Shown here piece by piece: positions 36,098 to 49,963 of a DNA stretch of 64,000 bases. The notes under the pieces were generated by a model. That model worked only from the letters and a program-made list of their open reading frames with translations, did not search any database and was not told the DNA's origin. The DNA is from Trichosphaerium sp. ATCC 40318 (taxonomy: Eukaryota; Protista; Tubulinea). Each line of letters opens with the position of its first letter. Positions within the stretch are counted from its first letter, which is position 1. A program made the translations under genes and the position numbers. The stretch lies in assembly GCA_038496445.1 (NCBI GenBank), contig JALMLS010000179.1, forward strand, positions 124,001-188,000, written 5' to 3'.

Positions 36098-37889
36098 ATG
36101 GAAGAAGCAGCTGATGTAGTGGTCCAAGAGGGTTCAAAAACCCTCTTGTATACCTTTTCTATGGGTACGTAGCTTGATAATTAATTCTACGCGTGTTATT
36201 GCCTAAAATTACGTCTACGATAAGCATATGTACTAACAGTACTACTTAGGTTTCATTTTATTCGTTTATGTACTAGAAGCGTATTTAGACCATAGACAAC
36301 ACAGATTGTACTCAGTTAAAGAGATGCCAGCGGATTTAAAGCCATTAGTTGATCTCAAACTAGTAACTACTGAAAAATTCGCTAAATCGCAAGCATACAA
36401 CAAAGAAAAGAGGTATGCGCAACTTAGTACCTCGATAGTTTATTAACTGATTTTTTTTTGACTATAGCACTTTTGGCTTCTACAAAGGTATAATCGATAC
36501 AATATGGGACCTAGTAATCTTTGTCAACCTTGCATACTTCTGGGAAGGGTCATTGACACTTGCACAAATGGCTATGCCATGGTTGACGCATGAAAATGAA
36601 GTAAGTATTTCAGACGTCCAAAAAAAAAGTTATTGTCACATGTTTATCTTACTCCTTTTTTTTTCAGATTATACATGCTCTTTCTTTCGTTGGGTGCTTT
36701 ATTATTGTTAGTACTATATGGAAGATACCATTTAGTTTATACTCCAGCTTTGTTATCGAAGAGAGGCATGGATTTAACAAACAGACTCTTGGTTTATTTT
36801 TTACTGATTTGATCAAAGGACTAGTGCTTTCAATGGTGAGTTAGAAGACTACTAGACTACTTATAAGGGTTTAATAATTTTATCATCTAACACCGGTTTA
36901 AGGTCATTGGATTACCAATACTCGCTGCTTTGCTTTGGATAATACTATGGGCTGGTGACTTGTTTTACATTTGTATCCTCTTTTCAACCTTTAACTTTTA
37001 TTGTTCATTCGAATTGGTCATTTCAGACCTTTAACTCTTGAAGATGTTTGGGCTTTTACATTTGTTGTAACAATGGTAATGATGACTATCTACCCAAACT
37101 ACATTGCTCCACTATTCAACAAGTTCGACCCACTAGAAGAAGGTACTTTTTTTTCACGTGACTCAAGATCAAAAAATACTGAAACTTGATCTTTAGGCTC
37201 TCTTAAAGATAAGATATACGCTCTTGCTGATAGAGTAAGTTTCCCACTTACTAAGCTATTTATTGTCGATGGTTCTCGTCGCTCAGCACACAGCAATGCG
37301 TATTTTTACGGATTTTTCAAAAACAAGAGAATCGTCTTGTATGATACTTTGATCGAACAACTACCTGAAGATGGCGTATTGAGCGTTCTAGCACATGAAA
37401 TTGGACATTGGTTCTATGCTCACACCCTTAAACTACTTGCTATACAACAAGTACAGATGTTTATATTTTTTTTCCTTTTCGGGAAAATGATCAAAATGCC
37501 AAGCATGTATTCTGACTTTGGAATCAAAAACCCATCTACTTTTATTGGATTATTCATATTCTCTTTGATATACTCTCCTCTAAGTCACGTGACTGGATTA
37601 ATGTTGAATATCTTGACACGTACTTTTGAGTATCAGGCTGATAGTTATGCGATAAAATTGGGATTTGACCTCAGAGAACCTCTGATAAAGATTCACACTG
37701 AAAATCTGGGTAAGATTTTTTAATTCTTTTTTGAATTTTTATGTCCGAACAAGATCTTTTTTCATTCATTGACGAACACCTCTAGGTGATATGGTAATAG
37801 ATCCTTGGTATTCTGCGTACCACTTTAGCCACCCTCCTTTGCTTATGAGACTCTCGGCGATGGAAAAACAACTGGAGAAGAAACAGTGA
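36098..37889 (+). CDS. STE24: CAAX prenyl protease 1 (M48 zinc metalloprotease)
   Basis: [66 protein letters not shown]. Confidence 0.95.
36973..37043 (+). other. U12-type (minor) intron in STE24
   Basis: GTATCCTCT donor, ACCTTTAAC branch just upstream of an AAG acceptor. Removal restores FYI-Y-VWAF. Confidence 0.75.
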
Positions 37890-38048
37890 AAAAAACAAGA
37901 CGTACATTCTCTCGTTATTATTTTTTGTACCGATCATTTCGTGTATACGTCATGCTCATGTCATACACACAATTAATAAAGTATCGCAAATTGAATACTG
38001 ATTTTAGTCGTTATTATTCATCGGAGTAGATAGTAAACAACTTACACC

Positions 38049-39093
38049 ATGACAGACGACCATACAGTAGATTTAGACGGATTTAACGGCGGTTCTGATG
38101 TAATCTATGAGGGTAGCCCTGAGTGCGTTATTATGTGACGTTCTACCTTCTCACATGTTGTGTGGTGTAGATGCTATACATCTTGTTCAGATTGGTGTCG
38201 TTGTACCCACTGGAGAATAACCCGTACCTACATTGAGTACGAGCAAGGTAGGGCAACCTTACTGCGCATACCACCCAAGATTTGCTAACGGGTGGTTATT
38301 TTTTTTTGTTTTTCTATTTTTTTTGTGATACTGAAGATCGAGACGCTAAGAATTGCTCCTAGGTTGTTGCTGCCAAAAATTGAACACTCTACAACTTCTC
38401 CGCGTTAAAGTACGTACTGATAACTCTAACATTGACTAATGAGCGTAGGATATAAGCTACAAAGTGCGTTAAAGAACTAAACTGCCATTTCATAGAGGTT
38501 TAAACACGAACCCTTAAATTTTGGGTGTCGGCGTTTCTACTACCAACGCGTCTCATGCCTGCGATTATTAACAACGCAGCTTTAGGGCTGTCGCTATCAC
38601 TTTTTTTTTCCTATTTTTTGAGGTAATCCAATTCTCTAACAACTACCACAGGAGGCTTGCTGTTGTTGCGGTGCTTGTGGCGAAATTGTCATTTACAGGT
38701 AACGTTAACTTGTCCTATTTCGTTTTTTGTGGTTGACGTCAACCTGTCAAACACACAAAGGTCGCAGAGACGCGAAAGAGTTTCAGCGTCAAGTTGCTTA
38801 TTATTTAATTCGTGATTTTACGGTTTGTAACGTTTTTCTTAGTTCTGACACTACTGATGCTGAGCTTCATATCCGTGGTATCCCAAACGGAAAGAAGGTT
38901 TACAAGGTAACGATTCGATAACATTTTCAAAACAAAACGTGCAAAACAATTTTTGGAGGCTGTTGCCTCTTTTCTTTGTTGTGTACAGACTATTTTCTTT
39001 GCTCTATTAATCGCGTGTCTAATATTGTATTAGGCTTTACGTACTATCCTATCTCAAATTCACGCCAATGCCAAACTAGAACTTGACGTGTAA
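38049..39093 (+). CDS. Small Cys-rich protein with a bacterial-PH (YdbS/bPH_2)-like domain
   Basis: Seven tiny exons giving VIYEGSPE|CY...THWRITRTYIEYEQG|CCCQKLNTLQLLRVK|DISYK|EACCCCGACGEIVIYS|SDTTDAELHIRGIPNGKKVYK|ALR. Confidence 0.65.
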
Positions 39094-39328
39094 AAAAAAC
39101 AAAACCTTGTCTCAAAACAAACAAAGTAAACACCCCTTTTTATAGTTTGAATGAAGAATTCTTCCGCGTGAATAGTGCGCGAAAAAAAAAAACAGATTTA
39201 TTTTGAGGTTTGATACAACATATCTCAACTCAATGCAGCTGTACACTTGTACCTGGTTGAGTTGTTTTATCACATAAAACAAACTCTGAGTATTTTATTT
39301 TGTTTTTTATTTCGAAGGGTACAAAAGA

Positions 39329-40719
39329 CTATGATGATTTTGGTGATGAGACAAGACCTATCTCAATCATGCCTTTTACCATATCAACCATTGTTTCTTT
39401 GTAAGAACGGAATTTTATCCCTAAAATATTCCTAGCTTGTGAGTTATCGCATGAAACATCCAGGAGTTCCTTTTCGCGTTTAATGTCTTCCTTCATTAGA
39501 CTAAATTCAGGGAAAGCAGATTTGATAGCTTCAGACTTGAGAAATTGAGACACCTAGAGAAGGCAATGACATTTTAGTTCTTTCAAATTAGATATCTTTT
39601 TTTTTTCTTGTTCAAGCACCTGTTGTGTAACGCTAAGTAAAAATCTTTTCCCTTTTGCTTCTTCTACCTCTACTGCTTTTAGGTGTGCTTCAGATACATC
39701 TCTTACATCAACCATGGACAGCTCGTCACTGTTCTTACCTATTGTAAAATATTTAATCGTGGTGACATCAGAAATAGGCAACCTTCTTTTGTGTTTCCAC
39801 GGAGAATACTCAAAACATTGTCTACAGATATACCATGACGTTTGATCAGAGGAGGCCCCATGACTGATAAATTTAGTACATACTCATTTAATGTACATTG
39901 TACCGAATCCTGGATTAATTACCACTAGTTCAAGTTCTGGATGCTTCTCAACAAAGTCCCAAGCAGCTGAAAGTATCGTCAAATGGATTTAGCATTTAGG
40001 TTTGTACCTTTCTCTGCTAGAGTCTTGCCATAGGCATAAGCGTCATGTCCATAAACATCTGAACTCGTTGCTTGGTTGTTCCAGTCTTTTTCATTCCATA
40101 CATGGTTCAAATCTGACTCCCTGGAATGATATGATGAATTACATTGGGAAAAAAAGAAATTTCAAGAATCTAACTCATGACTTCCTTACCGTTGGTTGCC
40201 ACGTATTGCAGCAATGGACGAAGTTAGCACAACGCGCTTTACTTTAGCCTTTAGAGCCGCTTTGAGAACGTTCAGTGTGCCATTGATTGCCGGTGCGAAC
40301 GCCTTGAACATTTTTGAGAAAAATCACAATCAGCAAATTTCAAACCTCGTCGCCTTTTCCAGCTTCAGGAAAGATAAACGGTGACGCTGTGTGGACAACA
40401 TACTTACAACCATCAAAAGCCTTATCGAAACTATCCTATAGAACTGTTAAAGGAACCTACAAAGCAAAAATGCGCTAGTTACCTCTTTAAGCAAATCAGC
40501 CTCAAAAAGCTCTAAACTTGGCGAAAACTTGCGCAAAGGTTCAACTGTTTCAGTTTTTTTGATAGAACGAACAGTTCCACGCACCTATGCACTTGTTGTT
40601 ATTCAAACAGTTGAGAGCGTTTGGCGTGCTTTGTAAGTATTCTTCTTCAAAAAGTCATTAACCACGTGCGCAGCAACATATCCTCCTGCTCCTGTGATAC
40701 ATACGATGGATTCGCTCAT
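39329..40719 (-). CDS. NAD(P)-dependent reductase, extended SDR (dihydroflavonol reductase/GRE2-like)
   Basis: CITGAGGYVAAH, VRGTVR, VVHTASP, PAINGTLNVL, TSSIAA, YAYGKTLAE (YxxxK), INPG, VDVRDVSEAH. Confidence 0.92.
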
Positions 40720-41841
40720 TTATTGCAATGTTGGGCTGTTTCTAGGTTCTTTAGAACGTAACGAATTCGTGTTGTTGTGAAAGTACGAATTCGTGAGATT
40801 TCTTCAAGGCATTGGGGACCAACTAGTTGGTAAATAGTGCTTACCTCGCATGGTAGAAATTTCCGTTGGGATTTGACCCAAGCAATGTTACGCCTGTCTT
40901 CGAATCACGTGTAGTTTTAAATTAGCATCACTCAAAATACGCAATACTGGTGCCTTGCACCTTGGTGGGAACTTAAAGAAAACTCATTGCTTAGTTGTTT
41001 GTACAAGTGAGTTTTTTATACTGTTGGGTGATAATTAAAGCTAGATATGATAAATATAGCTTCAGGGATTCCTTTATTGGGCGTAATTTTTACAATTTAA
41101 TGTCTTATTATTGGGATTTTTGGATAGCTCAAACATTAAAATATTATTTTCTGGCAACATCGCGAGACTCTTTTTTGTTACTTGTACTGTAAGGACGTCT
41201 AGCACACAGCTACTCCAAAAGGTGGTCAATACCACCTACAATACTAGTATACTTAGACTGTGGAGTTTGGTTGAACAGGTATTTCATGCACCAACGAAGA
41301 GCGACTGGAACAAAAAACGCTCCTGTTGTACCACACGCAAAAGTACTTTTGAATCACTTATGATCAAGTCCTCCAAGCTTATTTACTACTTTACTCGTAA
41401 TAAAGAAAACTGTTAGACAAACTGAGATGGATTGTGGTAGATGCATCAAAAACTGCCTGAATAACAAAATTTATCGTCTATGAAGCCTAAACAGTATCGC
41501 TTTTAGCCGTACTTTCCGTTCCTGCCAGTCCACACGTGATAACCGCGGGTTGGTTTTCTGAAAATACAATAAACTCCTAGGATCATAAAGAGGTTTCTGA
41601 GACCATGTAGAATACTTTACTGTTTAAAACGAGACAGTTCGGGTTTATCGGCGTGCAGTAACTTTTTGTAACGGACCGCAGTTAAACTTTCCGATACAGT
41701 AGATCCAATCGTAAAAATAGCGTCATCACGCAATATAATCACTCGCATGTTAACTCCGTGCGTTAATATGTAGTTAATGTGAACGCTGGCCTCAGTCAAA
41801 AACGCCACAAAAACATACCAAAGAAAGCACGTGCTCCATAA

Positions 41842-44800
41842 ATGACTAATACAAGTAGTCTGCTTGTATATTTAGCAGGTAAGCCTTCCCGTTTTGAAAT
41901 AGCCTATAAACATTCTTTTTTTACATGGATGAATAATATAAATACCTCCACGTGCTTGCAGGCAACAAACATAGCCTTGGTTTGCTGATTTTTTTGAACT
42001 AAAGTTTTTTAGTTCTTTTCATCTACCTCAGCGCTATTGATCGCCATGGTGTTGCCGCTATAAGAGATGGCAATAAAATTGTAGTAGGATGTAGTTTTAC
42101 GCGTCAAAAATTACCTCTAGACCATGTATTTGTACGTAAACGCGTCAAAGCGACTTGCTTGTTGATCGTCAAAAAAAAACTCCAGAAATTAGTTAATTAT
42201 TAATTATTACCCAGAACTCCTATGGATATGGATTACAAGTAGGGCTACAATTCTGGAGAGATGATGTAAACGCCAGAGGCCTTAATATTAATGGAACCAA
42301 CTACGAAGTACATCAACAGAAAAACTGAAAATAACAATTTATCATCATAAAAAAATGACTTGTTTTACTGATACAAGTTGAACGTAGATTGAGCTTGAAA
42401 TTCTCGAAGATGATGGCGAAACTAACACTACTTTCGCACTTTACAGAAACCTATTAGCTGATGACACTGTAGATTTTCTTTTAGGTATACTCCGCGAGAA
42501 ACTTTTTTTCTACTCTGTTCTTACCTGTTATCTTGTTAGGCACATCCAGCAGTCGTACAACTATTCCGCTTGCAGAGGAGGTGTTTGATAAAGAGGCTCC
42601 AGATAGATTGCTTATTGGCACTGTGACAACTTCTGGTCCCTTTAATGAGGACAGAAAGGCTGCATTTACAGTACTACCGGATTTGGCACGGTACGAGAAC
42701 TAGCTCTTTTTTTTACAAAGCCAGCGTTCTATCTTACGTGACCGTTAGGTTGGGCCACGTTGCCATGCCTTTCCTGAGAACAGCAGGAGTTTCTAGTATT
42801 ACTTATGTGATCCAAAGCGGACTCCGTACCGCCTTACCTTGTGATGGATTGTTAGACTTGGTACGACTGACAATAAGTTAAAAAACTTCATCTGGTTTAA
42901 CTCTATTTATTACTAGGCAAATGAAAATGGTGTTACTAAATCTGTAACTTACAATACAGCTGGCATAGATGATCCTAATCATATTCAAAACTGGACTGAT
43001 ATCTACAACGTAACATACTAGCATTACTTTTTGTTGCTTATGTCTTTTTGTCAGGGTATCTTAGAGCATAACTACGATGTTCTGATAGTATGTGGTTCTA
43101 CTGATCCAGGAGAGTCATCATTAGAATGGATGCTACCACAGATGAAAGAGGTCAATTGGACACCGAAAATGATTTTGGCTTTGCCTATCTCAAGCTGGAA
43201 TCGTTTTGACCCAGAACTACGACAATACGTAACAGGTGTAAACTCTGTAAGTATTTTTAGAGCTAGAATATCAAATCAACATTGAGTACTCATAAACGCT
43301 ACAATAGATTAATGAGAATTCATTCAGAAAAGGAGACTTCTACGGGAGAATAAGTGATTACGTAGAGCTTCTTTTAAAACAATATCCAGACTTGGAAACA
43401 TTCTTACATGTTTGGGCTTCCGTTGGTACAATGGGTGGTGTTATGCTCGAAACAGCCATAACAGTGCGTATTATGGTTGAGTTAAGATGGCCTTAACGAG
43501 AGTTTAGAATGCCCAAAGTCTCGAAAATGCACAAGTAGTGAGTGCGATGAAGACAATCGATATCAATACTTTCTTGGGTCGCCTAAGATTTTCAGCAAAA
43601 AATGGTCAACTTGTTGAAGGTGTCATGAGCCAATTTCTTTCTCTTTCACATGCTGACGTTGTTGGTCCGCTATTGAGTGCTTCAGACCAATTGTTAATAC
43701 CAATGCCAACATGGAAAGAAAGAGTATTTAAAAACGAGTTTGGCACGTGACTCATTTTTCTTTTTTACCTATCACGTGATTTTTACATTGAATCCTTTAC
43801 TAACTGTTTCTTAGGTGATAGTGTATACGAATGGATAGTTCTAGCTACCGTTGTTTCAGCCTTAGTAATGAATGTTGTATTCGCAGTCTATATTGTTCTT
43901 AATAAGCACTTCCTCAGATGTATGACTTCTTATTTTCACTTCGTTACTTACTATGTATTCTTACTTTTTTCTTAGACTCATCTCCTTTATTCATGGTTGG
44001 CATCTTGGTTGGCGCAACACTGATATACGTCAGTACACTGTTTAACACACCGAATAATGGAACAACTTATGCTTGTCATTTACACAACTGGTTGTTATTC
44101 TTGGGTGTCAGCATCATGTTTGGGTGCGTGTTAAATACAACCCAAATACGTGTAACTTAACTAACATACTGGTCAAGGTGTTTGTTCTCCAAGTCTTGGC
44201 GAGTGTACCTTATCTATCGAAAAGTTAAATCGCTCGAACCTATCAAAGTATCAGATGTTCAAGTTGGTATGTATGTTGCGATATTCTGCACAGTGTCAAC
44301 AGTATCCTTTCGAGAAAAGCTTCTCTTTTCTAAAGCAAACTTTGTTGTGTATTTTTTTCTTAACATCCGAGATTCTTTGTATTGCTTTTAGTGCTGTCAT
44401 GAAAGAGTCTGAAATATTCATTGTGGACCAGTATCGAGTATCTAAGAACTATTATAAATGCACTTTGACAGCAGCTTCTAATGTGATTCTTGCCCTACAA
44501 TACGGCTCAATTGTGCGTCACGACCTTCTTCTGTTATTGCAGCTAACGAAACTATTTTAGGTTGTGACTATGCTTGTTGGATCAGTAACAGCTGTTTTGA
44601 TTCGAAATGTACCTTCAAGAATATTCGCTGAGAGAAAGGTATGACAAATTAATCTCTTTGTTGTAAAGTAGCGAGATTATGAACTTACTTTCTATTTTTA
44701 GATCATCGCTTTTGCCATCTACAACATGACATTATTCATGTCTATTGCTATGCTTGTACGATTTACCATAACACAGAGTAATACCAGAGAACAACAATAC

Positions 44801-45084
44801 ATTATTCACTCTTTATGTGTGATACTTAGCGCAGGTACCATGACATGCATTAAACTACAACATAGCTCACAAATAATCAAGGATTGACAGTTGTTGCAAT
44901 GGTTTTACTGTCGAACAAGGTTGACGCTAAACCTGAATCTCTTCACACAAGCACTTCAGTTGACTCTCAGCTTGAAGGTATTGAGAAAGACAAGGAAATA
45001 GCTGATCTAAAGAAAGAGGTTGAGATCCTTAATAGGAGAATTGCAAGCTTGCAGTCAATTACAACTGCAACTAGCTCTTCTTGA
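41842..45084 (+). CDS. Class C (GABA-B/Grl-like) GPCR with an N-terminal periplasmic-binding-protein fold, copy 1
   Basis: Signal peptide, VNARGLNINGTNYE|IELEILEDD, VDFLLG, TFLGRLRF, PMPTWKER, SSPLFM, C..HNWLLFLG..IMFG.LFSKSWRVY, IRNVPSRIFAERK|IIAFAIYN, and a coiled-coil tail. Confidence 0.85.
44302..44371 (+). other. U12-type intron in GPCR copy 1
   Basis: Consensus GTATCCTTT donor and TTTCTTAAC branch 7 nt before the end (GAG acceptor). Removal restores TVST|ILCIAF. Confidence 0.85.
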
Positions 45085-46101
45085 AAATCACCATTGTAAT
45101 TTTGTAACGTTAGATGTAGTGCCATAAATAAGCCTTTGCGTACCTCGTTTTGTTCCATGTCCTTTACCATGTGTTTAATGACTCATTATCTGTTGCAGTA
45201 TCGATAACAATGTTGTAAAAATCTCGTAAGTGATTTGAATGTGAGTTCTCCACTGAATGGCGTAAGTACGGGAGCAATTTGTGGTATCATAGAAATAGAG
45301 ATGATCCTTGGTTTAGATCGTATGTAGGAGGAGGTAAGAAGACAGTAATCTCGTGGTCCATAGCTAGTAGTGCTCTAATTCATGAGTATAATATCTCTTT
45401 GTTTATTGTTGTTATGCTTGTACAGATTTTTTGCTTACCTTTGCCTGCCGGCAGACTTGGAAAAATCTAACAGCTGGTGCTAGATTGCTTAAAGGTCCAA
45501 GGGTCACTGGAGTTACAAAGCTTAACGTTAAAACACCATAAACCTATTAGCAATCACATGTGACATAAACAGCCAAGCTAATACCTAGAAGACTCAAAAT
45601 TGTAGTAGATAATTCAAATACACGTGAATTTTCTTGATACTGTTCTTGAATATTCATGATTAAACACCCATGCGAGCCAGTACTCATGATAGCTAGCTTG
45701 GAATAATTGTGGTATACATTATATTATCACAAAAACACTAACTTTCGTGATAATAATTTTGCTGCGTATTGGAATTATTCCGCATGCCGATTTGTTTTCT
45801 GACATTATGAATATCAGTTTACAGTGTTCATAACCTACGAGAGCAAACTACTGGCAAAGTTTTCTAGTTTTTGTACGAAGGTATGTTTGGGTTTCATCAC
45901 GCGTTTTTTTTTTGAAAAAATGCGTTGTGTACAATTACTTGAGTTATAGCGTTGTACTTGATAGTGTATTAGCCGGCTGTAGTATTTCTATGTTTTAATA
46001 TAACTCCGTAGAGGTTTGTATTATGTAGTAAAGGTGCACTTGTTGGCTCAAACACCCCAAAAAGCGCATCAAAGAACGCACATTGTTTTCCGACATCCAT
46101 T

Positions 46102-49100
46102 ATGATTACAACAAGCACCTCATTTGTTTTCTTAGCCGGTACTACTTTTTACAAACATTTCTGTGTTATCCACGCCGTTTCGTTTATAAAAACAACAGCC
46201 ACGTGTAGTCTGAAACAAGATACCCAAAAATATTTTTTTGGGCTTATTCTAACCAAAAGTTTAGTTACTACACTCGTACTTCTCAGCACTATTGATCACC
46301 ATGGTGTTATCGCTATAAGAGATGGAAATAAAATTGTAGTAGGATGTAGTCTTACGCGCAATAAGACACCTCTGGACCATGTATTTGTGCGTATACGGCA
46401 AAGCTTCAAAATAACTTATTATTTAATATCTTTTATCAATTGATTATTTTTGTCAGAACTCCAATGGTAAAGGTCTACAAGTTGGCTTGCAATTTTGGAG
46501 CAAAGACCTAAACGATAGAGGAGGTATCAACATTAATGGAACCAACTATGCAGTACGTCAATACAACCATGACAAACAAGCATTTTTATACGATCTGACG
46601 AGATCTGCAGGTTGAACTTGAAATACTTGAAGATGATGGTACCCTTAACGTGACCAGCGAAAATTACAGAACCCTTTTAGCTGATGATACTGTTGACTTT
46701 CTTCTTGGTAATTTTAAAGCTTTACGCTCCATTTTCTTACATATCCTCACGTGTAGGATCTTCCGACTTTGGAACAACTCTTTCAGTAGCAGAGAATGTA
46801 ATGGATATCGAAGCCAAAGACAGATTGTTTTTAGGGTTAATAACTACTTCTGGTTCGTTTAATGAAAATAGACAATCGGCATTTACAGTTCTACCGGACT
46901 CTGCAACGTGCGCAAAAGAGAAAAAAGAAACTCTGAAAACATTTTTTGGTATATCAATATAAATGATGTCTCACGTGACTGTAAGGTTGGGTCACGTGGC
47001 CATGCCTTTTCTGAGAACAGCAGGAGTTTCTAGTATTACTTATGTCATCCAAATTGGCCCTTTAAGCACATCTTGTGATGGATTGATAGACCTAGTAAGA
47101 AGTTAGTTATGCTTTAAAATTCTTATTGTTTAGGCAAGTGAGAATGGTGTCACCGAGTATGCACGCTATACTGTCACTAACATTAATGATCTGAATCATA
47201 TTCAAAACTGGACTGACGTCTACAACGTATGCGCTTGTATTGATTTTGCTGCTCATGTCTTTGTCAAAGGGTATCTTAGAGCATAACTACGATGTTCTGG
47301 TAGTGTGTGGTTTAAGTAATCCAGGCGATTCGGCGCTAGAGTGGATGCTACCAAGGATGAAAGAGGTCAATTGGACACCGAAAATGATTTTGGCTTTACC
47401 TATTTCGAGCTGGTTTAATTTTGATCCTGAAATGCGACACTATGTCACAGGTGTAAACTCAGTACGTCTTGAGATGTACCCATGCAACTCATTGATAAAA
47501 CACATTAGATTAATGAGAATTCATTCAGAAAAGGAGACTTCTACGGAAGAATAAGTGACTACGTAGAGCTTGTTTTAAAACAATATCCAGACTTGGAAAC
47601 ATTCTTACATGTTTGGGCTGCCATTGGTACAATGGGTGGTGTTATGCTCGAGACAGCCATAACAGTACGTATTATGGTTGAGTTAAGAGCCTTAACGGGT
47701 GTTTAGAATGCCCAAAGTCTCGAAAATGCACAAGTAGTGAGTGCGATGAAAATAATAGATATCAACACTTTCTTGGGTCGCCTAAGATTTTCAGCAAAAA
47801 ATGGTCAACTTGTTGAAGGTGTCATGAGCCAATTTCTTTCTCTTTCACATGCCGACGTTGTTGGTCCGCTATTGAGTGCTTCAAGTACACTAGTAATACC
47901 AATGCCAACATGGAAAGAAAGAGTATTTAAAAACGAGTTTGGCACGTGACAACTCATTTTTCTTTTTTACCTATCACGTGATTTTTTACATTGAATCCTT
48001 TACTAACTGTTTCTTAGGTGATAGTGTATACGAATGGATAGTTCTAGCTGCTGTTGTTGGATCATTATTTGTGACTGGTTTATTAGCAGTCTATATTGTT
48101 GTAAATAAGCGCCTCCTCCGTTGTATGCGTGTTTTTTCGTTTGCTCCTTTCGATTAAGTACTATTTATTCTTATATTTTTCTTAGACTCATCGCCTTTAT
48201 TCATGGTTGGCATCTTAGTTGGCGCGACAATGATATACGTCAGTACACTGTTTAACACACCGAATAATGGAACAACATATGCTTGTCATTTACACAACTG
48301 GTTGCTATTCTTGGGTGTCAGCATCATGTTTGGGTGCGTGTTAATTACAAATACGTGTAACTAACATACTGGTCAAGGTGTTTGTTCTCCAAGTCTTGGC
48401 GAGTGTACCTTATCTATAAAAAAGCTAAGACTCTAGAACCTATCAAAGTATCAGATGTTCAAGTTGGTGTGTACGTTGCAATATTCTGTACAGTGTCGAC
48501 GGTATCCTTTCAAGAGAAGCTTCTCTTTTCTAAAACAAACTTTTTGGTTTTTGTTGTATTTTTCTTAATATCCGAGATTCTTTGTATTGCTTTTAGTGCT
48601 GTCATGAAAGAGTCTGAGGTATTCATTGTGGACCAGTATCGAGTATCTAAAAACTATTATAAATGTACTTTGACAGCAGCTTCTAATGTGATTCTTGCCC
48701 TACAATACGGCTTTATTGTATGTCAATATGTTTTATTAAACTGTTATTGCAGCTAACAATGCCTATTTCATAGCTAGTGACTATGCTTGTTGGATCAGTA
48801 ACAGCTGTTTTGATTCGAAATGTACCTTCAAGAATATTCGCTGAGAGAAAGGTATGACAAATTAATCTCTTTGTTGTAAAGTAGTGAGACTATGAACTTA
48901 CTTTCTATTTTTAGATCATCGCTTTTGCCATCTACAACATGACATTATTCATGTCTATTGCTATGCTTGTACGATTTACCATAACACAGAGTAATACCAG
49001 AGAACAACAATACATCATTCATTCTTTATGTGTGATACTTAGCGCAGGTACCATGACTTGCATTAAACTACAACATAGCTCACAAATAATCAAGGATTGA

Positions 49101-49291
49101 CAGTTGTTGCAATGGTTTTACTGTCGAACAAGATAGAAGATAAGGCTGACACTGTTCACGGAAGCTCTTCCGTTGATTCTCAACTCCAGACCATAGATCA
49201 CAGCAAGCAACTATCTGATTTAAGGAAAGAGATTAAAAATCTGAATAAGACAATCGCAAACCTGCAATCAATAGTTAGTAAGTCGTCTTGA
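46102..49291 (+). CDS. Class C GPCR, tandem paralogue (copy 2)
   Basis: Same exon structure and motifs as 41842..45084. Confidence 0.85.
48502..48576 (+). other. U12-type intron in GPCR copy 2
   Basis: GTATCCTTT donor, TTTCTTAAT branch, GAG acceptor, at the position homologous to copy 1. Confidence 0.8.
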
Positions 49292-49963
49292 GACCACTTA
49301 GAAGAGATCGTTTAGTGTATAAACGTATAGCATTATAAGTTTGTTTGGGTCCACTTTAAGTGCTCGTTTTATTCTTGAAGTATGGCACAACGCAAAAAAT
49401 AAATATGTCCTCACACCTGTTCTTTGCATCATTAATACTTTTCTTATTTTCCCTTTAAAACTTCACCGACAATATACCTACTACACACAAAGTCACATAC
49501 TGTGGTATATGGTTATGTCTAATTACTCAGTAAAGGGATTGATACGGATTTACTTTTACTTGTACACAAGTATCAATTTTCAGCATACTTCACAATGAAT
49601 CTGTAGATTCAAACAACAGTGTATTGAATGAATGAATAAATGAACGATTTTTCAACCAAATAACATATTTATTATACAAACACCAACAAGATCAAAGATA
49701 CGAATGAACAAAGCTGAAAACCTAGGAGATTTCTGTTACGACCAAAACGAAGAAAAAAAAAAGACAAAAGAAATCTGAGACTTTCAAAAAATGAGAATGT
49801 CTGCAGTCTACCAAGTGCCAAGGACGCACACAAAGAGTTACGCTTAGCAAGATTCAAGAAAGAGCTAATCCTCTTTTTAAGTCATCCAATGAAGGAATCG
49901 AAAAAAAGAAAAAAAACTCTTCAAGAAAAATAAAGGCAAGACAATAGCAGTGGTATTTTCTTT

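Noticed and set aside
40920-41800. Short ORFs between the SDR reductase and GPCR copy 1
   Set aside because: No consistent exon chain or motif. Probably intergenic or decayed sequence.
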